A stretch of 64,000 nucleotides of DNA from NCBI GenBank assembly GCA_964035545.1, contig OZ037765.1, positions 4,350,698 to 4,414,697 on the forward strand, in the 5' to 3' direction. The notes below the pieces were generated by a model, which did no database searches, was not told where the DNA came from, and was given only the letters and a program-made list of their open reading frames with translations. The position numbers were made by a program, and so were the translations under genes. Shown here in pieces: positions 47,053 through 60,559 of the stretch (the stretch's first letter is position 1; each line of letters begins with the position of its first letter). The stretch comes from Bugula neritina (Eukaryota > Animalia > Bryozoa).

Positions 47053-48677
47053 GGGTTAAGTTTCTTTTTATTGTTGAATTATTATGTTCACTATTGTTAC
47101 TTTTTTATAATGAATATTACCTGAGCAATAAATTTTTCTATGCTATAGCATATATTGCTTACCTGTACATACATCCTAATAAATAAAAATAACATATCAT
47201 ACATGCTTCTAGTACATATATTACGTTAAAATACATTTCAGGGATTAGGTACTGTTAAGAAATATTATTAAAGCTCAATAAATGCAGTGGTATCAATATA
47301 ACACATTACCTCTTCATGAAAAACATAATAGTATTATATAATAACAAACAGACTATGCAATGTCACAGTCTATTTAAAAATAGACTGTTATATACGTCCT
47401 TATGCTTATAGCATATCTATTGTGAAGTCACTAACACCACCAGGAATCAAGTATCAGCATTTCTCTTTAGTAAACTTAAGTTTCACAAGTTCGCCATTGT
47501 TATAGAATTTGAAAAAACATTAAAAATTTAGATTTAATCACAGCCCAACTTTTTTCTTAATACTGTGAAACATGGTCGTTGTAATTTATTTTACCCACGT
47601 ATAGTATAATAATATGACACTATAAAGTATAGTGTCCTAAAAACTACATAATATTAAATTATAAATGATAATAACTGTTTTAGATTAGCTTGACTGATAA
47701 TAGGTATAAGGTGGTTTAATACATGCCTGGTATGATATCCAATGCTAATAAGCAATAGCACAGTATAAAATGACAAATATTAAACCATAAGTAAGTTACA
47801 AAGACGATTATATAGCAACTAGATGCCAAGCGCATGGCAATTGGTATGCATAGAATATAATTATGCAAGTTTAGAGATACAATTATTAACATGTTATTTA
47901 TCAGCTCTTTCAAAGGATCATATGCATGCACAGTTACAATTATTGCTATATGTTTTATATTACAATATTATATTACTCCATTTTATATGTAAATTATAAA
48001 TATAAGTTTGCATGAAGATATTGTAACTACTTACTGCATATGAGCAAATTAAAATAATGCAACTTGCAGAGTCTTCTTGAAAGATTATTTAATTTATTAT
48101 TTTATAGGAAAGTTCTCAGGACTAATCTGCTCAGAGCTAAACTAGAAATAGATTGTTGAGATGCTATAATCACTACAAATGCTTTTTCTGACTAATCAAT
48201 AAACATCATAATACCTTACAACACCTATTAAAATTGTATCTAATTGTATTAATTTACTAACCTCTTTTCCCTCACGTGCTGTGAATAAGGCTAATCAATC
48301 TAAGGGGCATATTCTTCTCTTCCAGAGCAGATATCTTTAGGAAAGTAAATTCTGTAGGCCACATGTGCATTAGTTGTTACTATCATTAGAATTTCTTCGA
48401 TATCACTAGTAGTTTAGCTTCAAACCAGTGCATGGATATGAACTGAATCCTCTCTCTTTTAGCCATGTATGCCTGTTTGGCTAACAATTTTATCATATTG
48501 TCTACTTTTTGAGATCTCATGCTATAAAGGCTGAAAATAATTTATGGAATGTATAATATTTATAATTAAAATGAAAAATATGTGCTTCAACAAACACATT
48601 TACTACACATGGACATTACTGCAATTACTTATTTGGCTGAGCAGCACTTAGTAAGGCAATGCTGGTTCACAAGAATC

Positions 48678-51109
48678 ATGACAGATATTTTCCACGCAAG
48701 GCCTCCAGTCATTCAAACATGTAGGAATAAGAAATGCCATTTGGGAAGACTGGCCACACAACATTGTAATCTTAAATTACTATTTCAAATATATGTATGA
48801 ATGCAGTGTTTTGTTTGATTGTTTACCAGAAAAGTTGAAAGCTTGCTTTACATTTGTAATACTATATCATCATAGAAGTTGTTTTGTTTTATAGTTCTTT
48901 TGCAAAATATTATTCAATCATGACATTTATATTTGCTGCTATAAGTTGTGAACAAGTAATGTGTATTGGTATAATATAAAAACTCACCCTTTCATTTCAA
49001 AACTTTCCTAACATATTGTAATTTCAATGACTACATTTTGTGACAGCCTTTCTTTTTAAAAAAAACTTTTACAGTTATTCATGTCAATTAAAGGCCATAA
49101 ATGCAATATATTTATATTTATTTATATGATGCATGTTATTTATATTTATATTATCCATAATACACTTTCCTTGTAACAATATTCTCCGAGTAGCAAAATA
49201 TGACTGCTTGCAGGTGAATTCTCTAATAGACTGAGGAGTAGATCAGCCAACATACAGCAACAGAAGGTTTGTCTACGTAAGGACACAGTGTGTGCAGTAT
49301 GTACCTGTACTAAACCTCAAGACTATGTTCAGAATAATGGTATGTGAGCATTGCATAATAAATATCCAAGTTGATTTCATTAATATAATATAATATAGCA
49401 TAATATAATATAATAAAATATATTAAAACATAATATAGTACAGCATACTATAGTATATTATATTAAAAATATATATGCGATATAAGGTAGCTTAACAGAA
49501 ATACAATGTCGTGCAATATACTACAATAAAGTATGCTATCATATAATTGAATATAATTTGTAGGAAATACACTGAGCCAATAGACGTTAGGTTGTCTGTA
49601 TATACTGCGTGTTAGAAAGGAAATGCCTCTACTAAATCCTCTGCAGCTATTGTACAAATAGTAAAGTTGTTAGACTCTCTACATATTTTAATTAAAAGAC
49701 GTTAACTAAAGTATTTTTCATTATGCATCACTTTCTATTTTCAAACTGTTGAAGTTTTACACATGCATGTACAATTGCGGGTTTTCAGCATAATTTTGTA
49801 TATTAGAGTTCTAGAGTCTCCTGATTTAGAATGTAGGTTGAAGCAAATATTCTCCTGATTTGAGCCTAAATACTTTGAAAACAACACTGAAATTTATTCC
49901 TCTAAAATAGCAAATCCTACACTTTTCTCTTTAGTATTATTATGTAACAGCATGTAAAACCAGAAGGCATAGCAAAGCAACTTCAACATGTGATACTGCC
50001 ACCAGGTGTAGTAAGATAAAAAGGTCTGGTCACAGACGAAGATATAAAGATTGTAACAATTCTGATCTACTTTGTGAGCCACCTGTGTAAGTTGAGACTG
50101 CATATATAGTTATAGTCAAGTGTGTGAGTTTAGTGTTTATATTATGATACTAATATATTATAGGCATTACAAGTTTCATTAACACTTAACAGTACTTTAA
50201 AACCTTACTTTTAAAGTAAAAGCATATGGTGTTTACCTAAGTTCTAAAATATGCTCTATATTTTGTCAAATTATCTATAAATATATGCACAATTATATTT
50301 CTGTAAACAATCTTGTTTTATAAAACAATAGACACTGTAATATATAAATATATATTCTAAATTCATTTACACACATAAATAAGCACAGCATATAATAAAT
50401 ACTTGTATTATATGAAGACATTGCATGTTTGCATTAAAATTGCTATTAGCTGCTATAACCATCACTGTTCACTATTGCTAGTAAAGTGAGTACCACAGAA
50501 ATTATCTGCACACCAACAGTGAGTGAGATAGAAGACGACATAGAAGACTGCTTACTGGGAGCAAACAACTCCAACAAATGGTGCAGTCGCGTAACTCTAC
50601 TCAGTAAAAATACGCTGTGCTTGCTACCGATAGTTACTATTTCCCTCGTCATGTGTAAGATCACAGTCTACATATGTACTATAACTTATTTTCTTTTCAC
50701 AAAGTTTTATCCGAGTAGTGATGTTTCATAACTACGTGTAGTGAGCTAGTATTATAACATGAAGGAACAGAGTAAATGGCGCTTGGTCTCACTACTGCAA
50801 TAGTGATCAACTTTCAACTAAATAAATTTATGCCAGCAGGTTTGATGACTTTGCATGTATTTTATCGTTAAATTGTGTTTTGATGAATAACAGAACATTT
50901 TCGCTGTTTAATTTCTCTACTAACAGATGCATTACAGCAAATAGACGTTATAGCTTATTATGTCCAAAAAACATTGATATATATTATGAATGTATGCAAG
51001 TAAATGTATGTTATTCGTGCTTATAACTTCAGCTTTTATCGGGTTTATGATGAAAGCAGCAAAGAGAAGACCTCCAGACTACCAGTCAACACGAAGTTTC
51101 TGGGACTGA
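48678..51109 (+). CDS. Uncharacterised basic, Cys-rich protein with a C-terminal TM (orphan B, paralogue-like to orphan A; first exon uncertain)
   Basis: Exons 49214-49339, 49951-50086, 50482-50654 and 51033-51109 splice in frame (phases 1,1,2,1): EFSNRLRSRS...VCLRKDTVCAVCTC...CKTRRHSK...CSKIKRSGHRRRYKDC...TLCLLPIVTISLVMSFIGFMMKAAKRRPPDYQSTRSFWD*. Candidate first exon 48678 (or 48609)-48765. Confidence 0.6.
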
Positions 51110-51457
51110 TGACTGTATACAGAGAGTATTACCTGCCAGATAATTCCGTAACAGCCTAGGGAAGTTCTAATTTCATTTTATAAATTCTGTAGAGTTTTAT
51201 ATGTTTAATAGTTCTAAAATATAACAAATGAAAATTTTTGTTTACTGTGAAATATTTTTTATTTGAATATATATTTAATAAAATAAAAAAATATGAATTA
51301 ATTTTGTCATCTAAATGAATGAAATTAAAAAACCCGGTGAAATTGAAGTAGTTTGAGCACAAAGTGATTATTACAACCAGTAAGTATAGAAGACTATGCA
51401 ACAAAAATTAAACTACTTACGATGCAATAGGAATGGAAATTCTAACCAGAAGGAATA

Positions 51458-54400
51458 CTAAACCCCAATAGAGACGGAATTTCCCCTATATCTGTGGTAT
51501 AATGGAGTATCAGTGAAGTTGCGTTGCTGAGGCATCTTTCTATAGTGTGGAATGTTTTTAACATTATGGCATGTGGTCCCAGAGCAAGTAGCTAGGGTGG
51601 CTAAGGACTCCTCCAGTGATTCCAGTACAGAGGCTGATAGAGTAGAGGCTACGTTTTTCAGTTGATCTGGATCACTGCTCAGGTCATATGCTTCGACATA
51701 TTGCTACAGATAATGCATACAGGAGTTATTAAAATGGTTATTCAGGAGTAATGAAATCTATTCTAACAAACCAAATTACACGACCTAACTATTCACGTTA
51801 GAGAATGTAAAGTTCACTGGAATCGCCATTATTATTCCACTAAAACATTTTAACTTGTTTTTCAACTAGGTATAAAAATTAAAGTACAAAATTATCATAA
51901 GATAATTTACTTCCTCTACCATAATGCCATAAGCATGTTTCATCTTTTAAAATACAATTAAAAATGACTGTTACAAGTCATAGCCGAGGTTAGTATATGC
52001 AGCTATGTGGTTATTACCTCATCATCAGACACCCCGCAATAAATCAAGTTACCAGTGGAACCCACTCTTCTAACACATATGTATGTATTGTTACGTGAAT
52101 CTTCACACACACAGTCCGGGAAGCAGTTCTATGAATAGAGAAAATACGTGTATATATCAATGTACAGCAATACTACATAGCAATAACAACAACAGTAATA
52201 GTAGTAAAAATAATAAACAGTTATAAATAGCAGTGAACAGTTAGGTTGGCATGAAGTAATCTTCCGAAAGTTTTAGTAAATAGCTAATACTATACATTAC
52301 TATAACATAATATAATACTGTATTATAGTATAATAATAATACAGGGTTAATGTAGAGCAGAGTATATAGTTGGTGTAGAATACATAGTGTAGAATACATA
52401 ATTAATGTAGTACAGAGTTAATGTGGTACAGAGTTAATGTAGAGTACAGAGTTAATGTAGAGTACAGAGTAGCTTATACGGAGTTGTCTTACATTGAGAG
52501 GTTGCCCATCATACTGAGGACAGCCGGGTTGCTTCAAGTCATACTCGCCGGTGTGCTCCACCAGGAAGTCTGTTCTGCTAGCATCTCCAGACGGTGGACT
52601 GAGAAGGGCAGACTTAAAGGACTGTCCATCCATGAAGTCGGGAGGGCGGATACCAGCGAGGTCAAGGAAGGTTGGAGCTAAGTCTATGTTCAACACTAAT
52701 TCTTTCCTGAGCTGTCCGGGCTTGACTCCGGGTCCCCTCACCATCAGAGGCACTCGAATGTCAAACTCATAGAACTGTCTCTTGTCATTGGGTAATGAGA
52801 ACTGTCCTGCAATTTCATTGGTTAGTTGATATACAACTAAGCAGTGCCCTATAATTCTATTGGGTAGAATTTACATGATCATCATACCAGGAGAACGAGT
52901 TTTAACATACTGTAATACTCATGAGAAATAGACATATAAAGAATACACACACCAAGATGGAATCCGTTATCAGAGGCGTACACAACGTAAGTATTGTTCA
53001 GAACGTTCTTCTTCTCCAGCAGAGTAACCATATTCTCCACCATATCGTCAACGGATAACAAAGTGCGCCATCTGTTTCTGAATGTATCGTCCACCCACTG
53101 CATGGAGGCGTTACCCATCGGCGTCTTCACTTGGCGTAAGATCCAGTGCTTATCCTAGGAGAATACACCATGTTTTCATGTTAATTTGTTAGTAAAATGG
53201 CAGGAAATTAACTTTGTGCCGTGTATATGGATGTGAGCATCCTATAATGAAACAGAAGTAGAAAATGATCTGCTGTAATTAGTTCATTGAGTAAGTGAGG
53301 AGCAGCTGTGGTATGAAGGTTAAAGTAGTGCCTTAATAAACACAAGGTCAGTGGTTCAAACAAAGGCTATTGGTGATGTTAGGAAGGGCATTCAGACTAA
53401 CAGCAAAACTCAAAAGAATTACATGCCTAGAATGCTGATGGGTGTAAAGCAGTTATTTTAATTAAAAGCATAAGAGCTACAAACAAAGACTTTATAGTTG
53501 ACACTATGCTTTGATGAATTGGTTAATTGAACTGAACAAAATGTTTACAACAGACATTTGCACTTCTTGCAGCTTGAATATAAGAAGTACAAAATAGTCA
53601 CTAAGGCATTTGAGCCAAAGCAGTGAAGTAAATATTAGGCACTGAAAATTAGCTATAATTGAATACAATTTAGAAAGAAATGTAAGAAAGAAAAATATAC
53701 CACAAACAGACACATAAAAGCAAATTATCTACATGAAAGCATTCATATGTCTGCTACAAATATACTGGATATGTTGAACAACATGACAGTTAGACATTCA
53801 GCTCACAATGTGTTGGTTATTATTATTCAACACACGAATACATTAAAGTAAGTGAAGGAAATACCGTAGATTTAGTGTTAAAACTAGGAGTTCGTGGAGC
53901 GGATAGTTTAGAGAAGTTTTGACTATACTGAGGAGCAGGGGTGAAGGGGGCGTGGCAGGAAGGAGTGGATAACATCATAAAGAAAGGCTCGTCTTTACTC
54001 TTATCAAGTTGCTGGTTTAAAAAGTCGGTAGCCTTTCTGTTCTACAATCACAATCAATCAGAAGAAAGTTATATTATTAACTTATTATATATATTGTATA
54101 TTATATATTATTAAACTAGTAAAAATACATAATATAAGTGAATAGGAAACTTATTCCTTCTAAAACCTACAAAACATTGACTCATCCTACAGAGTGATAC
54201 TAAAGTACATCACAGTATGGTAACACAACTCTTAATTTTGTTGAAAAATCAAAGGTTAAAAATGATAAATTGTCGCATTTTGGCAAGTTTGAAGTTTAAA
54301 CTGCTAAATTCATGAGTCTAGTTAAATACTCTGTATTAAGTATGACCTTGAGAGTAATTTTAAGAGAATTCCAACTTTGATTGGCTGACTGTTAGAGGAA

Positions 54401-57400
54401 TTTGGCTGTGACATTTCGACAATGTGTGACGGGTTTTAAGTTTTTAATATATTTATGTGAATGCTTTTCTAAACACAAACTCTTCTAGTCCTACACAGAT
54501 GGTGCTTATTTCAAGCATAACCTGTGTAGGACATCAAAGTCAGGTGACCAGTTAAGGATAGATTAATAGTAAAACTCACTATTACATCTGTGAAGTAGTC
54601 CGCCTTGTAATCATTTCCATGCTTCTCAGCTTTCCCATTGGCTGAGACAACATAATTATAATATTGAGAGTTACCTTTCTACAATACAAATAGATGTATA
54701 CTGAATATTTCTATCATGGAAGGAAAGGTATCTATGCCATTGAGTACTGATGGACAAGTACACATGGCACAATACAATACAAATATAACACATATCAGGC
54801 ATTTATTTAGCATTATAATAGTCTGCTATTCAATGTACCATGTGGTTTGAACATAAAAAGCACATAATTAAAAATGTTTTTCTTGTGGTAATAGCTAGCT
54901 ACAGATAAAGCAGGAATTACGTATCATAATTATATAATGTAATTTTGACAAAACACATTATATTTGTTCTATTACAAAAATGCACATACACAATGCATAT
55001 ATAAAATGATATCAAATAACTACCAACACCCTGTAGAAGCATGGCTGGCAATTAAAGAAAGCAAATAACATTCTGAACGTACCATACTATCAGTTATACT
55101 ATCAATATTCTAGAAAAATCTCTTATAATAATAACAGATAATTCGTGACTAAATGAGTCACATTCAACATTCAATCAGTTTAAAGTTTGTGTATCAAAGC
55201 AACATCTCTGAAGCCTAATCCAATAAATCTGTTAGTGCAATTCAAGTTAGGAATTTAATTTTATTTATACTCATGATATTATAGACTGAGAGTCTGGTAC
55301 TGCACAGAATTTCTATTCTTTATCTAACAGAACTGAAATTATGAACGAAGTAGCTTCCAACACATGCAGTCATATGCTATAGGTGCTGGTCTTGAAAGAA
55401 CACGCAGGAAGAGTTGGAATACCACAGATTTACTTAATAAGAAAGGAAATTGTGTGTCCAAACTTAAATCCCATTGCAACACTGAAGATTATACAAAGAC
55501 TATGTTATTTATTCATCACAGATATACTAAGAGCTATAGTCCTTACCAGACCATTCCAGTGGTCCCAGCCGGGTGGTATGTGTGAAAGTCCACCAGTCTC
55601 ATCCATTCCATACTAAAACATAGGCAATAATTTCACACACTATAAACAGCAGGGAGACAGATTAGTGTGATGTTACACACCAGTGCAGAATATATTTATA
55701 TAAACAACAGTCTCATGTGAAGTATGTACTAATAAAAAACAAGTATCCCAGCAACCAGACTGGCAACAACTCAAAGTTCTATATGGAAGAAGAGATTAGA
55801 GAAACTCAAAGATCCAGAATTGTTAATGCAGACCCACAGTGATTTATTTCCATGACATGAGGTTTTATGTTCTGCTTAATCTGTTTTGTTTTCTCTTTTA
55901 GTACTGATTGAGTTTAGACTTCATTACCACAACCAATGCCAACTTTATACAAAAATGAGCCCAGAAACATGCTGGTATTGGAGTAGAGTACATGGGGAGT
56001 ACAGAGTTAACGCAAGTCAGTCTAGTAGCTTGTATAATATTAACCCCAAACATCTGCAGTAAACTGTATCATGAATAGATCCAGTAGGTGCAGTGGTGCA
56101 TATTTTAATGATATCTTGAAGTTTTGGTTAGAGGTACGATTGCTTTATTGCACGGATAGACAACCTTGAATGCTACAAATATCTGTTAGAACTAAAACTA
56201 GATTAACAGGGCTGCAACTCAACTTTGCAGCTCGAATAATTTGAGTGATCTGAAAATGTGATGAGATGATGTCACAGAAACTAGATCTTGGTTACAGTGT
56301 TTTACCAATGCTCTTTAAATACTCGAGTCAGTTAAAAAATTTAGAACGTTTTAATTCAAACAGATTTTCAATTAAAGTTTATAATTTGACTACAAAATAA
56401 AAACTAGCTTTTAGCACTGATTTACAAACTGCGAAAAATTATGTTTGATTAAATGGATTATATAATTCATTAGTTTACAAATAATTAGGATAAGGCCAGT
56501 AGACACGTATGCTTAGAATTAGTGAAATTTCTAACTCAAAAACCAAAGGTGTAGAGAAGCTTTAAACAGGAGTATTAGCAGCATAGCACTCGCACCTGAT
56601 TCAGATATTTGCCGGCAAAGAAAGTTGTGTAGCCAGATTTCTTAAGGTACGTAACAAACGTCTGAGTCTCAGGCCCTTTCTGCCAGGAGGGGCTGCTACA
56701 GTTCCCATCCACAGAGTTGTTTATAGCCTTATGGTTGTGGACGTACTGCCCAGTGAGAATGCTGGACCGACTTGGGCAACACAACGGGGTCGTTACAAAC
56801 TGTCAAATATAATGATAGTATATACTATCAGAATTTACTGGAATAGATAATAATACAACATACTAGAATGTACTAGAATATATTAAAACATGTTGTGAGT
56901 CACCCAATAAAAAATACAAAAAATAATTGATTAGCAAAACATTCTGAACAGCATATTGGCTAATTTAGTTTAACATAGTCAGCTTATGCCATACAAACTA
57001 GTTATTCTAACTAGACAAGGTAAGCCAGTTTAAAAATTGCACTAAATCTTAATATAACTGCGATAAGACAACATATACACCCTGTGATGTACTCACCATG
57101 TTTGAGAAAGTAGCCCCCTGAGAAGAAACATATTGCCTCAGTTTGGACATTGGACCCTGCAAGCAGATATTATTATGTTGACATAAAATAAATAAAAAAA
57201 CTTCGATATATGAAATTGTGTAAAGAAATAAAAGTTAAAACTTATATCTACAGAAAGGTTATTGGATATTTGCATCACTACTTAACTTAATATTTACTCA
57301 CTTAGCCCCACATACAACCATATGTACTACAACAACACTGTATATATAATATGGCATTGTGGGATTGCCGCTAAGATATTATTTACATATTGCATTTGCT

Positions 57401-57694
57401 GGGCATTCTCACTCACTGATATTGTATTTATACAGTAAATATGCTTCTGATACTTTACTAAATGAATCTTAAGGTCTTAGAATGAAAATTAAAACATGTT
57501 AATTCATTCTAGAATATGATACTATAAAGGTATTGCTGAGAAGTTATGTGAGAAACAGAAAACATTAGAATGTTACTTACTGTGCCGTTTAGAAATACAT
57601 CCTGATCGTCTGTTAGTATAAATACAATGTTAGGTCTGGTGACAGAACAGACAACTTCAAACAATATGAGGAATATGCAGAGAAATAGCCGCAT
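51458..57694 (-). CDS. GNS: N-acetylglucosamine-6-sulfatase (lysosomal sulfatase), complete
   Basis: Signal peptide + [13 protein letters not shown] (57581-57694); 57097-57156; [12 protein letters not shown] formylglycine motif and AGKYLNQ (56596-56799); IPPGWDHW (55547-55612); [14 protein letters not shown] (54580-54678); [15 protein letters not shown] (~53865-54041); [18 protein letters not shown] (~52933-53155); [14 protein letters not shown] (~52491-52806); [19 protein letters not shown] (~52018-52127); last exon 51458-51703. Confidence 0.95.
52340..52470. repeat. ~18-bp degenerate minisatellite, GNS intron
   Basis: TAGAGTACAGAGTTAATG units. Confidence 0.7.
53298..53400 (+). mobile_element. 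tRNA-derived SINE, 5' part
   Basis: GGAGCAGCTGTGGTATGAAGGTTAAAG...GGTTCAAA-CAAAGGCTATTGGTGATGTTAGGAAGGGCATTCAG; homologous to 46628-46525. Confidence 0.75.
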
Positions 57695-60559
57695 TCTGAT
57701 GCTGAAACAAAAAAATATGCCAACAAGTTTTAAAAAGAATGATCGTACATCTGTTTGACAAAGAGATTCTCTTTTAAGCGTTGAATTGTAAAAATATCCC
57801 AAAGCTTTGGGTGGGCCAAAAAGTTTAAAAATGTCTTTACTTGGCACGCTGAGAATGTTAGTAACGTTATACCAGACACAATAGTGCAATAAAGCTAGGA
57901 GTGTAGAAAAAACCTCAAAGCATAAAACGTCAACATGTCTAAAATCTATCTAAATAGTAAATATTTTGTTGACATTTTTGAATAAATTCTTCACCAAAAT
58001 AGTTATGGATTCTGCGATAACGTAGAATGTCCGTATCAGACAGTTATCATTTAAAATTGTTGTCGCTAATTATTCACAACACAATACCAATCAGGTTAAT
58101 AAATGGATAACACAACCAACAGTACCTTGTACAGCATTAGCATAACTATATTTAAAATCATATTTTACTCATATTGTTAATTGGCCTAGCACTAGCATCA
58201 AATAATAAATATTAGGTTAAAATTCATGGTAGTTATTTTATTAAATATTCCAACATATTATCTGCACATTGTACAGATAATATAATGTAATTGTAATGCT
58301 ATTAATCATTAACTTACTTCTAGTAATAAAATCATAGATCGTCAACAGAGTTAGAAGCCATGTCATAGAACAACTCAGCAAGTTTAAAATTAGCAGAAAA
58401 ATAAGAAAACAAATTATATTTTTACACATTAATATTCTTACTTAATCTTATTCGCTTTTATTGTACTTGTTATAATTATCAGTTATTAGAAATCGAAATA
58501 TAAGTGATGTAAAAAAAACACCAAAAGTAGCCCCTACATTTACCCATTTTCAAGTTTATAGTTGTACATGTTCGAGGTTTAACTGATGTCAACGCATATA
58601 ATCAAAAATTAGGCCAAACAATCACAATGAAATGATAATCATTATTTAATTATATATATAATTAGACCAAGAAAACATGACTATCACCATCAGTATTATT
58701 ATATAGTTATAGCCATACTGATAATGATAACATTAAATTTAATAACATTTTGAGCTGAAAATTTGAAAAAGTTGTTGTTGAACTCAATCTCAGAAAATTA
58801 AATATCAAATAATGATTCAACATTACACTTACACTTACTGCTACAAATTGAAATAGTAAATTAATTAATAATAATATTTAAATAATATTAATTAGTAATA
58901 TTAGTAATAGTAATAGTAATACTAATTACTAATTAGTAATTATCATTATGATTATGATAATGATTATTCCTTATAATTATTGATTTTCATTATAATTGTG
59001 ATTTACTGATTCATATCATTATTAATCAATTGTTTATATTTACTAGATGTAGATCCACTGTAACACTAACTCTAACTGTAAGTCACTAACTCTAAATGTA
59101 ACACTAACAGTAACTGTAAGACTAAGTCAAAGCGTTACTGTTAGTGTACAGTTCTTTTAGTTTTACACGACTTTACAATTAACTTCTATTTATCACGATG
59201 ACCTATATGTGCTTATAGTAATACACTAATACTCATACTAACAGTAATACTTCATACTAATAGTAATACTTATCACTTATGATTTATCACTTATCAGTTA
59301 TCATCATCATGATCATTCTATGCAACTGCAAGTGCAAGTGTGCTACGCTATTGCAATACCAGAGTTGTAGAAAATATGGCTAAAAGCAGCATCAAGTTGG
59401 GAGTGGCTGAGTACAGCATTTGTATACGCATCATTGCCCGAAATCTGAACGCCTAACTTCAAACTTTAGATCTTGAGTCAATACTCTCAGCGACTACTAA
59501 ATTGGTGTTGCTTCAAGTGATTTGTATCGTCAAAAGTTTAAGTTGCGCAGCCTGAGATTATAAAGTTAGGACGCAGCTACAATACGAATCCCAAACTTAA
59601 TCCGTTGTATGAAGTGATGTCAGTTCTATTGCTAAGCTTTAAGAAACCGAAATCAATTCACTATTTACGAAATAATCGTCCAATCGATGCTGAGAAATGT
59701 ATATTACGATGTATTAAAATTATATTAGCTAAAAACTTGTAACAGGAAATAATTCTTAAATCCATAAGCCATAAGGCATAAACTAAGTGTAGCCAACACA
59801 TTTTTGAGTGATTGACGATTCAATTCACAGCGGTAACGACCATTGACTCTCCAACTTTCACAACAGTCAACAAGTACAACATGAACAACTGCTAGTAATA
59901 CCATTCTTTATAGTTTGTGTAAAATGAAGGGTGCCTTTGAGTAAACCGACTCTTACTCTAAGACGTGGAATAGTTTAACTTTAAGTTTTCGCTTGTTAAT
60001 GTTTTGATTTTCAGTAGAAATCATTTTTTGCCCCAGGCCCAAGTCAAGTTGAAGTTGTGATACTGATTGACTTTAACTTTTAGTTAAAACAGGGGTGATT
60101 GTGTAAAGGTTCACCCTGTGATTCAACCTATAAGTTGAAACGTTATCGCTATCAATATCATTGTGGTTGTGTTTGTTCTAATTTTTTATGACATTGTGAC
60201 TCTCGCAGTCTCAGTCTAATTCAGTTTCACACACTCACTCTGTAACTGTCGCACAGACAGCGACTACTAGCACTTACTACAGTGAGTAGTGACTGCGTCT
60301 ACTGACTGAGAGTGAGTGAAAGTGTGGTTTTTACTTTCATACTCTTGAGTGTGTATCAAATAATCATTTGTGTTGTGGTGTTGGTAATAAATGCGATAGT
60401 ACATTAGGCTTAGTCTAAATCTAATGATTGGTCTTAGATTAGACTAAAATTTAGAAGGAAAAACGACAATTATATTTATTGTCTTACTTAAAGTTAAACT
60501 TGAAATAATAATCCTAGTAGTTTTTGTCATCGTGCTCGTCACAGTTAAAACTGTCAACC

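Noticed and set aside
49564-49660. Extra exon of orphan B
   Set aside because: No acceptor/donor pair gave a stop-free phase 1-1 exon; the flanking exons join without it.
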